Assembly: GCA_045635725.1 (NCBI GenBank)
Contig: JAZTWF010000026.1
Coordinates: forward strand, 1 to 44,408
Reading direction: 5' to 3'
Source: Candidatus Scatosoma sp.
GTDB lineage: Bacteria > Bacillota > Clostridia > Christensenellales > Borkfalkiaceae
DNA length: 44,408 bases
Position numbers and translations under genes: made by a program. The notes beneath the pieces are model-generated. The model did not search any database. It was not told where the DNA came from and saw only the letters and a program-made list of their open reading frames with translations. Shown here piece after piece: positions 1 to 9,055 of this stretch. Numbering within the stretch: position 1 is the first letter of the stretch; every line of letters starts with the position of its first letter.

Positions 1-92
1 GACGGGTCGATAACGATTGCCGTTTTGCCGTCTTTGGTGATTGCGTAGGTGTTGGACGCAAACATTTTCGGGGGAATGGCGAGAATTTGCAT
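1..92 (-). CDS. MBL-fold (beta-lactamase-like) metallo-hydrolase, first ~30 codons only; gene runs off the window edge
   Basis: Reverse-strand ATG at 92..90 opens MQILAIPPKMFASNTYAITKDGKTAIVIDP. This resembles the N-terminus of GloB-like MBL hydrolases that often follow relA in Firmicutes. No clear SD; fragment too short for certainty. Confidence 0.4.
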   Translation of the reverse strand, partial: MQILAIPPKMFASNTYAITKDGKTAIVIDP

Positions 93-100
93 AAGGTTTG

Positions 101-281
101 TTGCGGTAAGATTTTAAGGTTCGTACTTGGCGTACGTGAGCAAGAAAAGCACATGCCCGTCGGACGGCTCAAATACAAGTAAATCAAGGAAAACGAGTAT
201 TTGCCGCAGGGAGTTTACTAAGCGTAAATGACCAAGGCAAAGCGGAGTTTGACGACGAGTTACGCCGTATTTCAGTCGTCC
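101..281. repeat. Intergenic structured repeat, copy A (full unit 163-280 plus an upstream half-unit 122-150 and shared 12-mer 102-113)
   Basis: Aligns by eye with 10121-10280. Shared blocks: tgcggtaagatt, tcaaatacaagtaaatcaag, aaagcgga-N-tttgacg, cgccgtatttca. Closing stem 163-176/267-280. Internal hairpin 214-218/224-228. Confidence 0.65.
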
Positions 282-2414
282 TTATGTTGTGCGGTGGACG
301 GAATAAATCCGCCTATCCCCCTGCATTTTTTTAATTAACAGGTCGATTTCGGAAATGTCCGTTAAAGAGATAGACGCTTCTAAAACGGCGTCGCGGTTTT
401 TGTCTATACGTCCGTTGACGGCGGTGATAGCAAGCTTTAATTCCGACACAACAAAGGAAAGAACGGAAAGCGCCGCGCCTTGGTCGGCTGCGCGAATGGA
501 AATATTCGCGTTATAGCGTTGCTTTGTTCCTGCTTCGATACGCCACGTCGCGGAGAGCAATCTTTGCCCGTCCACGCCTGCGATATTCGGACAATCGTGA
601 CGGTGGATAACCACACCGCGGCCACGGGAAGTGTACCCTACGATACTGTCCCCGGGAACGGGCGAGCAACAGCCCGCAAAGCGGACGAGCATACCCGATT
701 GCCCGTTGACAAGCACGCCGCCCGGCGTTCTGCCGCCGACGGTTGTGTGCACTTCGGGCGCAAGGGGGGTTTCCTTGCGGTAAAAATCAATCAGCTTAAA
801 TAAAATTTGATTGACGGAGATAGAACCGTAGCCAACCGCTGCGTACATTTCTTCCACTTCCCCAAACGAAAACCGTTCGGAAATGCGGCGGAAGCTTTCT
901 TCGGTAAGCAGCGCGGTCCAAGTAAAGCCGCGTTTTTTGGCTTCTTCTTCCAGCTTTGCCTGCCCTACGCGGATATTTTCTTCTTTGAGCTCATTTTTAT
1001 AGAACTGCTTGATTTTCGCCCTTGCCGACGACGATTTGATAAACTTCAACCAGTCGCGCGAAGGGCCTTTGGAGTTGGGCGAAGTGATTATTTCTACGAC
1101 GTCCCCCACTTCCAAAGTGGTATTGAGCGGCACGATTTTGGCATTCACCCTTGCCCCTGTACAATGATTGCCTACTTCCGAGTGAATGGCATACGCAAAG
1201 TCGACGGGCGTAGCCTGCGGCGGCAACGAAATGACCTTTCCGCGTGGTGTGAACACCAACAATTCGTGACTGTACAGTTCGGTTTTGAGCGCGTTGATAA
1301 ACTCACGGGAATCCTTCAAATCCCCCTGCCATTCCATAACTTCTCTCAGCCACGTAAGGCGGTTTTCGAAGTTGGTGTCTTCACCCGTGCGCCCTTCTTT
1401 ATATTTCCAGTGCGCGGCGATACCAAATTCCGCGATACGGTGCATGTCTTCCGTACGGATTTGTATTTCAAACGGCTGACCGTACTTCGTCATAACGGTG
1501 GTATGGAGCGATTGATATTTGTTGGGCTTGGGGGTTGCGATATAATCCTTAATTCGCCCGGGGATAGGTTTCCACTTTTCATGGATTTCCCCAAGCACGG
1601 TATAGCATTCTCTAACGTCCTTTACGATAACGCGGACCGCTGTTAAATCGTAAATTTGGTCAAGAGATTTGCCCTTATTTTTCATTTTTTTATAGATAGA
1701 ATAGAAGTGCTTGGGCCGTCCGAATACTTCCCCTTCTACCCCGTCCGATTGCATGAGCGCTTTGATTTCTTCCACGATTTGCGCCACGAAATCTTTACGC
1801 TCGGAAAGCCGTTCGCGAATGTTATACACAAGATAATCGTACGCTTCGGGGTCGAGATATTTTAAGCACAAGTCTTCTAATTCGCACTTGATTTGCGAAA
1901 TACCCAGCCGTCCTGCAAGGGGCGCGTAGATATCCAGCGTTTCGCTTGCCATACGGTGCTGACGTTCGTGCGAAAGGAAGTTCAGCGAACGCATATTGTG
2001 CAATCTATCCGCAAGCTTGATAATGATAACGCGCACGTCTTTCGCCATAGCGACGAAAATTTTACGGAAGTTTTCCGCATCCGCGTCTTCTTGGGATTTG
2101 AATACGATTTTTTCAAGCTTGGTAACGCCCGAAACCAACGCAAGCACTTCGTCGCCGAATTCCCTGCGAATATCTTCTTCGGTGCTTGCCGTATCTTCAA
2201 TGACGTCGTGAAGGAGCGCCGCGGTAATCGTCGCCGCGTCTAACCCAAGCTCCATCAAAATATCCGCTACGGCGCAAGGGTGGATAAAATACGGCTCTCC
2301 GGAAGCGCGTTTTTGGTTAGCGTGCGCTTCTTTTGCGTATTCGTACGCCTTAAAAAGCTCCGCCGCGTCCTGCTTAGAGTAGTACTGTTTAATTTTTTCC
2401 AAAATGTTTTCCAT
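282..2414 (-). CDS. relA: Bifunctional (p)ppGpp synthetase/hydrolase RelA/SpoT (RSH)
   Basis: 710 aa. HD hydrolase motif (LLHDVIEDT), synthetase motif (YQSLHTTV), TGS and C-terminal ACT-like regions. ATG at 2414 with AAGGAT SD. Confidence 0.95.
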   Translation of the reverse strand: MENILEKIKQYYSKQDAAELFKAYEYAKEAHANQKRASGEPYFIHPCAVADILMELGLDAATITAALLHDVIEDTASTEEDIRREFGDEVLALVSGVTKLEKIVFKSQEDADAENFRKIFVAMAKDVRVIIIKLADRLHNMRSLNFLSHERQHRMASETLDIYAPLAGRLGISQIKCELEDLCLKYLDPEAYDYLVYNIRERLSERKDFVAQIVEEIKALMQSDGVEGEVFGRPKHFYSIYKKMKNKGKSLDQIYDLTAVRVIVKDVRECYTVLGEIHEKWKPIPGRIKDYIATPKPNKYQSLHTTVMTKYGQPFEIQIRTEDMHRIAEFGIAAHWKYKEGRTGEDTNFENRLTWLREVMEWQGDLKDSREFINALKTELYSHELLVFTPRGKVISLPPQATPVDFAYAIHSEVGNHCTGARVNAKIVPLNTTLEVGDVVEIITSPNSKGPSRDWLKFIKSSSARAKIKQFYKNELKEENIRVGQAKLEEEAKKRGFTWTALLTEESFRRISERFSFGEVEEMYAAVGYGSISVNQILFKLIDFYRKETPLAPEVHTTVGGRTPGGVLVNGQSGMLVRFAGCCSPVPGDSIVGYTSRGRGVVIHRHDCPNIAGVDGQRLLSATWRIEAGTKQRYNANISIRAADQGAALSVLSFVVSELKLAITAVNGRIDKNRDAVLEASISLTDISEIDLLIKKMQGDRRIYSVHRTT

Positions 2415-2420
2415 ACGTAT

Positions 2421-4745
2421 TTATCCTTGCTGTAAAAGACAAACTTTGCGATAGATAGACGAGTCGTTGAGTTCGGCTTTCACGCCGCGATAGACGGTGA
2501 GTCTACCGTCCCCAAACGCCACCAAGCCAAGCTCTTCAAAAACGTGAATGGCGAAAATGAAATCCCGTATTTCAAAGCCCAAACCGTTGCAAGCAAAAGC
2601 CACTTCTTCTGCCGTTGCGCCGACAAGCGAGCCGACGTCGCGACGGAGCGCGGCAAAAATATCCAAAAGGCCTTCCCGTGAAACGGGCAGGGTTGCAAAC
2701 ATTTTATAGCCGCAAATATCGCGGTTATAGTATACCGTTTTTCCCGTCAAGGCGGTTACGTTAAAGTCACACGGGGTGTCCAAGAAAATAAAGTCGCGAT
2801 AGCCCGAAAGGTCGGCGTCGGGTGCAGGCGAAACGATAAGCGTATTGGAAAGATTTCTCGACGAAAGATAAAATAAATCGCAACCGAACTCTTCCAAATC
2901 TTCGTAAAAGCGGAGCGTGCGTCTATCCGACGCGACAAGGCAAAGCCCGTACGCACATTCCGCGCGTTTTTGCGCGATAAGCGCCTTGGTTTCTTCCATA
3001 GAAAGGGGAATAGCTTGCGCAGATACGGTAGACGTACGACAACGGGATATCGCGTTAGCGAAAATGTTTTCCGCCGTATTTTTGCCCGTCTTACCGTCGT
3101 AAAGCACGTCCTTGACAAGTCCTTTGATATACTCTCTGCCCTTATAATGGGAAACGCCGATTTCGAAAACAAACTGCTTTTGCACGTCGCTTTCGATAAT
3201 TTTCAAATGTTTCAGCCCCGAAAAATAGGTAAGCTCGATATAGTTGCTTTTAATGGATAAATGGGTAGAGCCGTACTTAATGGGTCTTGCCTGACACGCG
3301 CCTGCCGTAAAGGAAAACAACGGGCGGCGGTGCCCCACCCCGTAGGGCTCTAACAGCATAAGCTCTTTGGCGAATTTTTCATGCACCGCGCCGTCAAGCT
3401 GTTCGCTCACGACAATACCTTGCTCGAAGTCTTTTTGCGTATACGTATCGCCGATTTCCTTGTCAAGCGCCCTTTCCAGTTCGTCAAATTTATCAATACG
3501 GACGTTAATCCCTGCGGCTTGTGCGTGACCGCCGAATTCTTCAATATGCTGCGAACAGTTTTTTAATGCGGTAAAGATATTTACGCTTTCGATACTGCGC
3601 GCGCTGCCTTTGAGCATATCGCCGTTATGGACGAATAAAAGCGTGGGACGGTTATATTCTTCCGCAATTCTTGCGGCGACGATACCGATAAAGCCTGCGT
3701 TCCAGCTTTCGTCCGACAACATAATCACGTTGCCGTACGCGCCCTTTTCCAGTAGTTTACGCTTTGCCGAAAGATACAGCTTATCACAATGCTGCTGCCG
3801 TTCGGTATTATACGCGCAAAGCCGAACGGACAAATCGTACACGTCGGTGGGAGAGATGGACGTAAACAAACGGAATGCCGCGTATGCGTCCCCCATTCTG
3901 CCCGCCGCGTTTACGCGGGGCGCGACGTTGAACGCCAGCGTTTGCGCCGTAATTCCGTCGTACGTTTTTCCAAGAAGCTCGGTAAAGCAAGGACGGGGAG
4001 CGTTATTAAAAAGCTTTAACCCTTCCGCTACGATATCGCGGTTTTCGCCCAAAAGGGGCACGCTATCCGCTACCGTCGCAAGGGCGGCAAAATCTAAATA
4101 TTCGTACGCCTGTTCCCCCAAAAGCGCGCAGGCAAGCTTAAAGGCTACCCCTGCGCCGCAAAGATTATCGTAGGGATAATCGTCTTGCAATTTCGGGTTG
4201 ACCACGATACAATCGGGCAACGTTTCGGGCAATTCGTGGTGGTCGGTAACGATAATATCCGAACCAAGCTCGTAAATATACTGCGCTTCCTTGGCGTTGG
4301 AAATGCCGCAGTCGACGGTGATAAACAGTTCGGGGTTACATTCGTCGAAAATACGGTCGATGGCTTCTACGGAAAGCCCGTACCCGTCCGAGCGTTCGGG
4401 AATATACACGTGCGGCTCGATACCGAATTTTTTCAAGGCATGATACATAATGGTAGACGCGCAAACGCCGTCGGCGTGGTAATCGCCAAAGACGGCTACA
4501 ATCCTGCCTTCGTCACGCGCTTGGGTAATGAGCGCAACCGCTTCCTTCATGCCGCTCATGGTAAAGGGAGAAAGGAAATTTTCTTTGGACGGGTGCAAAA
4601 ATAAACGGATTTTTTCTTCCGTATCGATACCGCGCGCATATAAAATACGCGTGATTTGCTCCGTCAGTCCCAAACGCTTCGCCAAGGCGGATATGGTATG
4701 CAATTGTTCCGCCGAAAACGAATATTCGGGTACGATTTTTTTCAT
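2421..4745 (-). CDS. recJ: Single-stranded-DNA-specific exonuclease RecJ
   Basis: 774 aa. DHH family motifs (VFGDYHADGV, VTDHHELP), DHHA1 region. AGGAGA SD before the ATG at 4745. Confidence 0.9.
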   Translation of the reverse strand: MKKIVPEYSFSAEQLHTISALAKRLGLTEQITRILYARGIDTEEKIRLFLHPSKENFLSPFTMSGMKEAVALITQARDEGRIVAVFGDYHADGVCASTIMYHALKKFGIEPHVYIPERSDGYGLSVEAIDRIFDECNPELFITVDCGISNAKEAQYIYELGSDIIVTDHHELPETLPDCIVVNPKLQDDYPYDNLCGAGVAFKLACALLGEQAYEYLDFAALATVADSVPLLGENRDIVAEGLKLFNNAPRPCFTELLGKTYDGITAQTLAFNVAPRVNAAGRMGDAYAAFRLFTSISPTDVYDLSVRLCAYNTERQQHCDKLYLSAKRKLLEKGAYGNVIMLSDESWNAGFIGIVAARIAEEYNRPTLLFVHNGDMLKGSARSIESVNIFTALKNCSQHIEEFGGHAQAAGINVRIDKFDELERALDKEIGDTYTQKDFEQGIVVSEQLDGAVHEKFAKELMLLEPYGVGHRRPLFSFTAGACQARPIKYGSTHLSIKSNYIELTYFSGLKHLKIIESDVQKQFVFEIGVSHYKGREYIKGLVKDVLYDGKTGKNTAENIFANAISRCRTSTVSAQAIPLSMEETKALIAQKRAECAYGLCLVASDRRTLRFYEDLEEFGCDLFYLSSRNLSNTLIVSPAPDADLSGYRDFIFLDTPCDFNVTALTGKTVYYNRDICGYKMFATLPVSREGLLDIFAALRRDVGSLVGATAEEVAFACNGLGFEIRDFIFAIHVFEELGLVAFGDGRLTVYRGVKAELNDSSIYRKVCLLQQG

Positions 4746-4765
4746 GCTTTCTCCTTTGCCAAATG

Positions 4766-4808
4766 TAAAAAACGGGCGGAGAGTAGGTTTTGCCTACCTT
4801 CCCCGCCC
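4766..4808 (-). terminator. Intrinsic terminator after secF, directly abutting the recJ SD
   Basis: Minus strand reads gggcggggaaggtagg-caaaa-cctactctccgccc followed by gtttttt. GC-rich imperfect stem plus U-tract. Confidence 0.6.
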
Positions 4809-4822
4809 ATTGTGTTCTTCTG

Positions 4823-5869
4823 TTATTCCGCGTCTTGTTCTACGCTTTCTTCCACGTTCTTTGTCGCCGCTTTCGCTGCGCGTTTTGCCGCAAGCTGTTT
4901 TCCATACGTTGCGTTTTCCAAAGCCTTTTTATCCGCCGCGCCTTTGAAAAGCGAGTACAGAGCAGGCACGTAGAAGAGTGCAACCGCCGTCACTGCGATA
5001 AGCGCGATAAGCGCCGCAAGAGCAAACCATCTCGTCGACCACGTTGCCACCGCGCCCACAAGCACAAGCGCAACGCCCGTTACTGCTGCAAACGACAAAA
5101 TTTCTTTGCACGCAACCGAATTTTCCGCAAGCTCTTGCGCGGATTGTTCTTCTTCCGCCTGCAAGCTTGCGCGGACCTTATTCAAGGTGAGCAAAGTAAG
5201 CACAGCCGTAACCATTGCCGCGATAGCCGCGATATACAGCGTGGAGTTGGTTACGGGGATACGGGTAAGCAAAATAACTGCCATGGAAAGCGCGCCGCCG
5301 ACAAACGTTGCAATTCCGGCAACCGCGCCGCTGATCAAGCCGTAACGGATAGCGGTATACGCAAATGCGAGTACGGCAATCACCGCAACCGCGATGCTTG
5401 CGCGGACAACGTACGAACAAGGCCAGTTGGCAAGCAACGTTTCCGATGCGGAAGTTACCGTAATGAATACGATATCGTCTTTCCAAGCGCCGTTTTCTAC
5501 GTCCGTTTTGTTTTCAAAAGTAGCTTGGAGCGCCGTTTTCGCCGCGTTTACCTTCTTTTGCGTTTCTTCCCCTGCGGAAAATACGTAGACAAGCTCTCTA
5601 TTATCGCCGATAAGGGAAGTCATATTATAGCTGTCGGAAATGCCTTGCTTGGTAAATTCCGCTTCGCAAACCGCTTTGATATCGTCTTCGTGCGTGGTAT
5701 AGAACGTTTTATTGACGGTAACCGTCAAGGTGTTCGCGTCCGAAAGGGTTGCCGCGTACGATACGCCGAATATAGCGGAAACGACTACGGACAACGCGAT
5801 AACCACCGCCAAGATAATGGACAGGAGAATGCCTTTGTTTGCCGTTTTGGAAATGAGCTTATTCATCAT
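4823..5869 (-). CDS. secF: SecF-like protein-export membrane protein (divergent)
   Basis: 348 aa. Topology is TM1, an extracytoplasmic domain, then 5 TM. Overlaps the secD stop by 11 nt. Synteny yajC...secD-secF-recJ. GAGGAGGA SD. Classic SecF sequence motifs not recognised by eye. Confidence 0.65.
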   Translation of the reverse strand: MMNKLISKTANKGILLSIILAVVIALSVVVSAIFGVSYAATLSDANTLTVTVNKTFYTTHEDDIKAVCEAEFTKQGISDSYNMTSLIGDNRELVYVFSAGEETQKKVNAAKTALQATFENKTDVENGAWKDDIVFITVTSASETLLANWPCSYVVRASIAVAVIAVLAFAYTAIRYGLISGAVAGIATFVGGALSMAVILLTRIPVTNSTLYIAAIAAMVTAVLTLLTLNKVRASLQAEEEQSAQELAENSVACKEILSFAAVTGVALVLVGAVATWSTRWFALAALIALIAVTAVALFYVPALYSLFKGAADKKALENATYGKQLAAKRAAKAATKNVEESVEQDAE

Positions 5870-7319
5870 CGTCGTCCTCCTCTCTTACAAAACGGAAGTA
5901 TTTGTATTTATTTTTGCTTGCCGAAAGGAAAGTAAAGTTGATTGCCCTTGTCCACAACAAGTTACAGAACGCCGCCATAACGATACAGATAAGCGCTTGG
6001 ATTGCCAACGCTTGCATACCTGCCGCGCCGATAAACAACGCGATTGCCGCGATAAGCGAAAGCGCGTAGATATCCACAATGCCCCACAACGTCTTTTTAT
6101 ATCCGCCCTTGACGGAAGATTCTACCGTTTTACCTAAGTTAAATTCTACCTTGATTGCGTCGTAGATTTGCACTTGCAATACGTTGATAAGCACCAAGCC
6201 TACAAGGAATACAAGCACCGAACCAAGCGTGAATTCAAACGCCGCCGAACCAAGAAGGAATGCATAGCAGGTTGCTACGACCAACAAATAGGAAAGGCTT
6301 GCGTATGCGTTGACGATACCAAAACGCCCCATCTTCACGATACCAAGCGCCACGATTGCCACGAAGATAACCGCGATAGCGATATAGAGAAGAAGCTGCG
6401 CGTTGTCGCCGTATACGGCGCTGAACGAACGGATATCGCCGTTAGCCACTACCGTACGGAAGTCTACGCCCAAATCCCCTGCGCTAAGCGCGGAGTTCAA
6501 AAGCGCCACGTACGTTTCCGCCGCCGCTTTGTTTTCTTCCGCATAGAACATTACGCGAAGTTCACCGTTGTTATAGTTATCTTGATAGATATCGGTAATG
6601 GTGTTGTCGCCGACCTTCAAGGTAAGCTTAACCGCGTCGGAAGACGATGCGCTGTCGCTGGTAGCCAGCTCGTCCTTAACGCCTTCGATTAAATCGTACC
6701 CTGCCGACGTAAGGTTGATTTTAATATACGCTACGTCGTACTGCGTGGCTACGGAGAAGCCCGACAGGAAATCCGAAGCCTTTGCCCCGTCTTCCGCGAA
6801 TTCGTCCATAAGCGTACCGCTCTTTTCCAAGGTGATTGCGCCCGTGTAGTTGAAAATGGTAAGCGTTTCGCTAACCGTCGCGTCGGAAGAAGGAACTTCC
6901 ACACGGAGTGCGTAATCGTCCACCACCGCTACGCGGTAATCGGAATACCCCTTGTTTTCAAAACGGGTTGCAATCGCCTTTGCCGCTTTTGCGAAATCCG
7001 TCTTAAACGTTTGAGAGATAGCGCCGTCTTTTACAAGACCGTACTGTTCGTCCTTGCTAAGATACAGCGAACCGTTTTGGATATAGTTCGCCTTGTCTTC
7101 TTCGTCCGCTTCCATTTCCAGCTCGGTTTTTACCCCTTCCGGATAATAGTAAGCGTAGTAACCGCCCCCAAGATCTGCGCCGAGATCGTATTGCCAAATC
7201 GTGGGATTAAAGCTTTGCGGCGTTCCGAAAATGGGGAACGGCACAAGCGTAACCACGCTGAATACGGCGATTACGATGGTAAGTAAAACCATCAATACCA
7301 CCGACTTCTTCTTGCCCAT
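5859..7319 (-). CDS. secD: SecD-like protein-export membrane protein (divergent)
   Basis: Start moved to ATG 7319 (MGKKKSVVLMVLL...), preceded by AGGAGG. The longer ORF to 7403 would cover its own promoter. LGADLGGG resembles the SecD GLDLxGG motif. N-terminal TM, large external domain, C-terminal 5-6 TM. Confidence 0.7.
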   Translation of the reverse strand: MGKKKSVVLMVLLTIVIAVFSVVTLVPFPIFGTPQSFNPTIWQYDLGADLGGGYYAYYYPEGVKTELEMEADEEDKANYIQNGSLYLSKDEQYGLVKDGAISQTFKTDFAKAAKAIATRFENKGYSDYRVAVVDDYALRVEVPSSDATVSETLTIFNYTGAITLEKSGTLMDEFAEDGAKASDFLSGFSVATQYDVAYIKINLTSAGYDLIEGVKDELATSDSASSSDAVKLTLKVGDNTITDIYQDNYNNGELRVMFYAEENKAAAETYVALLNSALSAGDLGVDFRTVVANGDIRSFSAVYGDNAQLLLYIAIAVIFVAIVALGIVKMGRFGIVNAYASLSYLLVVATCYAFLLGSAAFEFTLGSVLVFLVGLVLINVLQVQIYDAIKVEFNLGKTVESSVKGGYKKTLWGIVDIYALSLIAAIALFIGAAGMQALAIQALICIVMAAFCNLLWTRAINFTFLSASKNKYKYFRFVREEDDDDE

Positions 7320-7373
7320 TGATGCCTCCTGTGTCTCTTCGGTTTGTACCGAATTTACAATGAATACTTCTTT

Positions 7374-7403
7374 ATTATACCTTATTTCGCCACTTTCCGT
7401 CAA
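7374..7403 (-). promoter_or_regulatory. Sigma-A-type promoter for secD-secF
   Basis: Minus strand TTGACG-18 nt-TATAAT, about 50 nt upstream of the secD ATG. Small hairpin ttcgg-tacaaa-ccgaa in the leader. Confidence 0.6.
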
Positions 7404-7439
7404 GTTATATTTACGGAAAACGAAAAATTTTTACCCTTT

Positions 7440-8771
7440 TTATTGCATTTTCGCCATTTTTTTGACGGCTAAAATATGCATAGCGCACTCCACGCGTTTT
7501 TTCATCATAGCGCACGTCGTTTCGTACGGGTCGTTAATGTCGCCGTTGAAGTGATAGTTATTCGCGCTGCAACCGCCCGAACAAACGAATTTCGCAAAGC
7601 AATCTTCGCATTTTTTACGCGTGAATAAGCACGAATTTTTGAACAGTTCTCTCGTGTCTTTGCGCGTAATGCCTTCGTATACGCTGCCCATGCGGAATTT
7701 TTCGTCCCCTGCAAATTGATGGCAGGGATACAAATCGCCGTTGGGCGTAACCGAAAAATATTCGTTGCCCGCCCCGCAAGCGGATACGCGTTTGGAAAGA
7801 CAAGGTCCGCCTTCCAAATCGATATTGAAATGGAAGAAATTAAACCCTTTCCCTTCGGCATGGCGCGCAAGGTATGCTTCGCATAAGTTTTCGTATTCCT
7901 TCTCGATTTCGGGAATATGCTTGTTTGTAATTTGCAAATCGGGAATGTCCGTTACGACGGGTTCCATGGAAATGGAATCCACCCCCTGATCGGCAATAAA
8001 GAGCACGTCCTTTGCAAAGTCTAAATTTTTCGCCGTGAACGTACCGCGCACGTAGTAGCTCTTTTCCCCGCGCAGAGAAATGAATTTTTTGATTTTGTCG
8101 ATAATCAAATCGAACGTGCCTTTGCCGTTTATCGTCTTACGAATGGCGTCGTGCACTTCCTTTCTGCCGTCCAAGGATAAAACGACGTTTTCCATTTCTT
8201 CGTTGAAAAACGCTATCGTTTCGTCGTTGAGAAGAAGAGCGTTGGTCGTGGTGGTAAACAGGAATTTCTTTCCCACCTTCGCGCCGCGTTCTTTGGCGTA
8301 GTACACCGTTTGCTTCAAAACGTCCAAATTCATCAGCGGTTCGCCGCCGAAAAAGTCCATTTCCAAAACCTTGCGTTTACCGCTGTTTTCGATAAGAAAA
8401 TCTACCGCTTTTTTGGCGGTTTCCAAACTCATGCTTTCGCGCTTGGAATGGTATGCCCCTTCGTCGGCAAAGCAGTAGCGACAGCGGAAGTTGCAATCGT
8501 GACAAATGTGGATACAAAGCGCCTTGACTTCGTCCGATTTCATGGGATAGCTTTTGACTTCTTCTTTGAAAAGAAGACCTTGCTCTTTCAAGCTTTCCAC
8601 GTCGGAAAGAATTTCCTTGATTTGTTCGTCCGTGATATAGGTGATATCGACGGCTTGTCCTTCTTCCTTGGCTTTAAGATAATCCGCCGTGGGGGTGTCG
8701 CATTCGTGCAAAGAACCGCTGCCCACGTCGTAAATGTAATTGTGATCTTTATAACTGAAAACGTGTATCAA
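7440..8771 (-). CDS. scfB: SCIFF radical SAM/SPASM maturase (ranthipeptide thioether synthase)
   Basis: 443 aa. CX3CX2C (CNFRCRYC) radical SAM cluster. C-terminal SPASM cysteines (CGAGNEYFSVTPNGDLYPC, CEDCFAKFVCSGGC). Immediately downstream of a SCIFF precursor. Start codon is TTG (caa at 8769-8771) with AGGAG 7 nt upstream. Confidence 0.9.
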   Translation of the reverse strand: MIHVFSYKDHNYIYDVGSGSLHECDTPTADYLKAKEEGQAVDITYITDEQIKEILSDVESLKEQGLLFKEEVKSYPMKSDEVKALCIHICHDCNFRCRYCFADEGAYHSKRESMSLETAKKAVDFLIENSGKRKVLEMDFFGGEPLMNLDVLKQTVYYAKERGAKVGKKFLFTTTTNALLLNDETIAFFNEEMENVVLSLDGRKEVHDAIRKTINGKGTFDLIIDKIKKFISLRGEKSYYVRGTFTAKNLDFAKDVLFIADQGVDSISMEPVVTDIPDLQITNKHIPEIEKEYENLCEAYLARHAEGKGFNFFHFNIDLEGGPCLSKRVSACGAGNEYFSVTPNGDLYPCHQFAGDEKFRMGSVYEGITRKDTRELFKNSCLFTRKKCEDCFAKFVCSGGCSANNYHFNGDINDPYETTCAMMKKRVECAMHILAVKKMAKMQ

Positions 8772-8806
8772 AATACTTCTCCTACCAAGTTTTACAAAAC
8801 TCGGTT

Positions 8807-8840
8807 AAAAACGGCGTACAAACCATACGCCGTTTTTTTC
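8807..8840 (-). terminator. Hairpin with flanking T/A runs between scfA and scfB (probable partial terminator or attenuator)
   Basis: aaaaacggcgta-caaacca-tacgccgttttt: a perfect 9 bp GC core plus A/T extensions, with a U-run on either strand. Confidence 0.6.
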
Positions 8841-8865
8841 TGCGATTGTGAAAATTGCTTGTCGC

Positions 8866-9018
8866 TTATTTGCGTTCGATTTTATCTTCGCGCGTGATTC
8901 TTTCGCAGGACTGATTGCCTACCGTGCAGCTGGTTTTGCAAGCCGATTGACAGGTGCTTCTGCATTCGCCGCAAGCCGTTACTTTCTTTTCGGTGGGTTT
9001 TGCAATGGTCTTAATCAT
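8866..9018 (-). CDS. scfA: SCIFF six-cysteine ranthipeptide precursor
   Basis: 50 aa from ATG 9018 (AGGAGAA SD 8-9 nt upstream): MIKTIAKPTEKKVTACGECRSTCQSACKTSCTVGNQSCERITREDKIERK. Contains the near-invariant SCIFF core CGECxxSCQSACKTSCTVGNQSC. Confidence 0.92.
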   Translation of the reverse strand: MIKTIAKPTEKKVTACGECRSTCQSACKTSCTVGNQSCERITREDKIERK

Positions 9019-9055
9019 GACTTTCTTTTCTCCTATGAATGGATTTGTTGGTATT

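Noticed and set aside
4790-5935. Long plus-strand ORF (381 aa) antisense to secF. Similar long antisense ORFs occur at 807-1646, 10843-11337, 26994-27707, 28958-29674 and 30281-30952.
   Set aside because: All lie opposite genes with unmistakable homology. Their products are Arg/Cys/Ser/Phe-rich low-complexity sequences with no recognisable domains and no SD signals. They are typical shadow ORFs of this codon usage.
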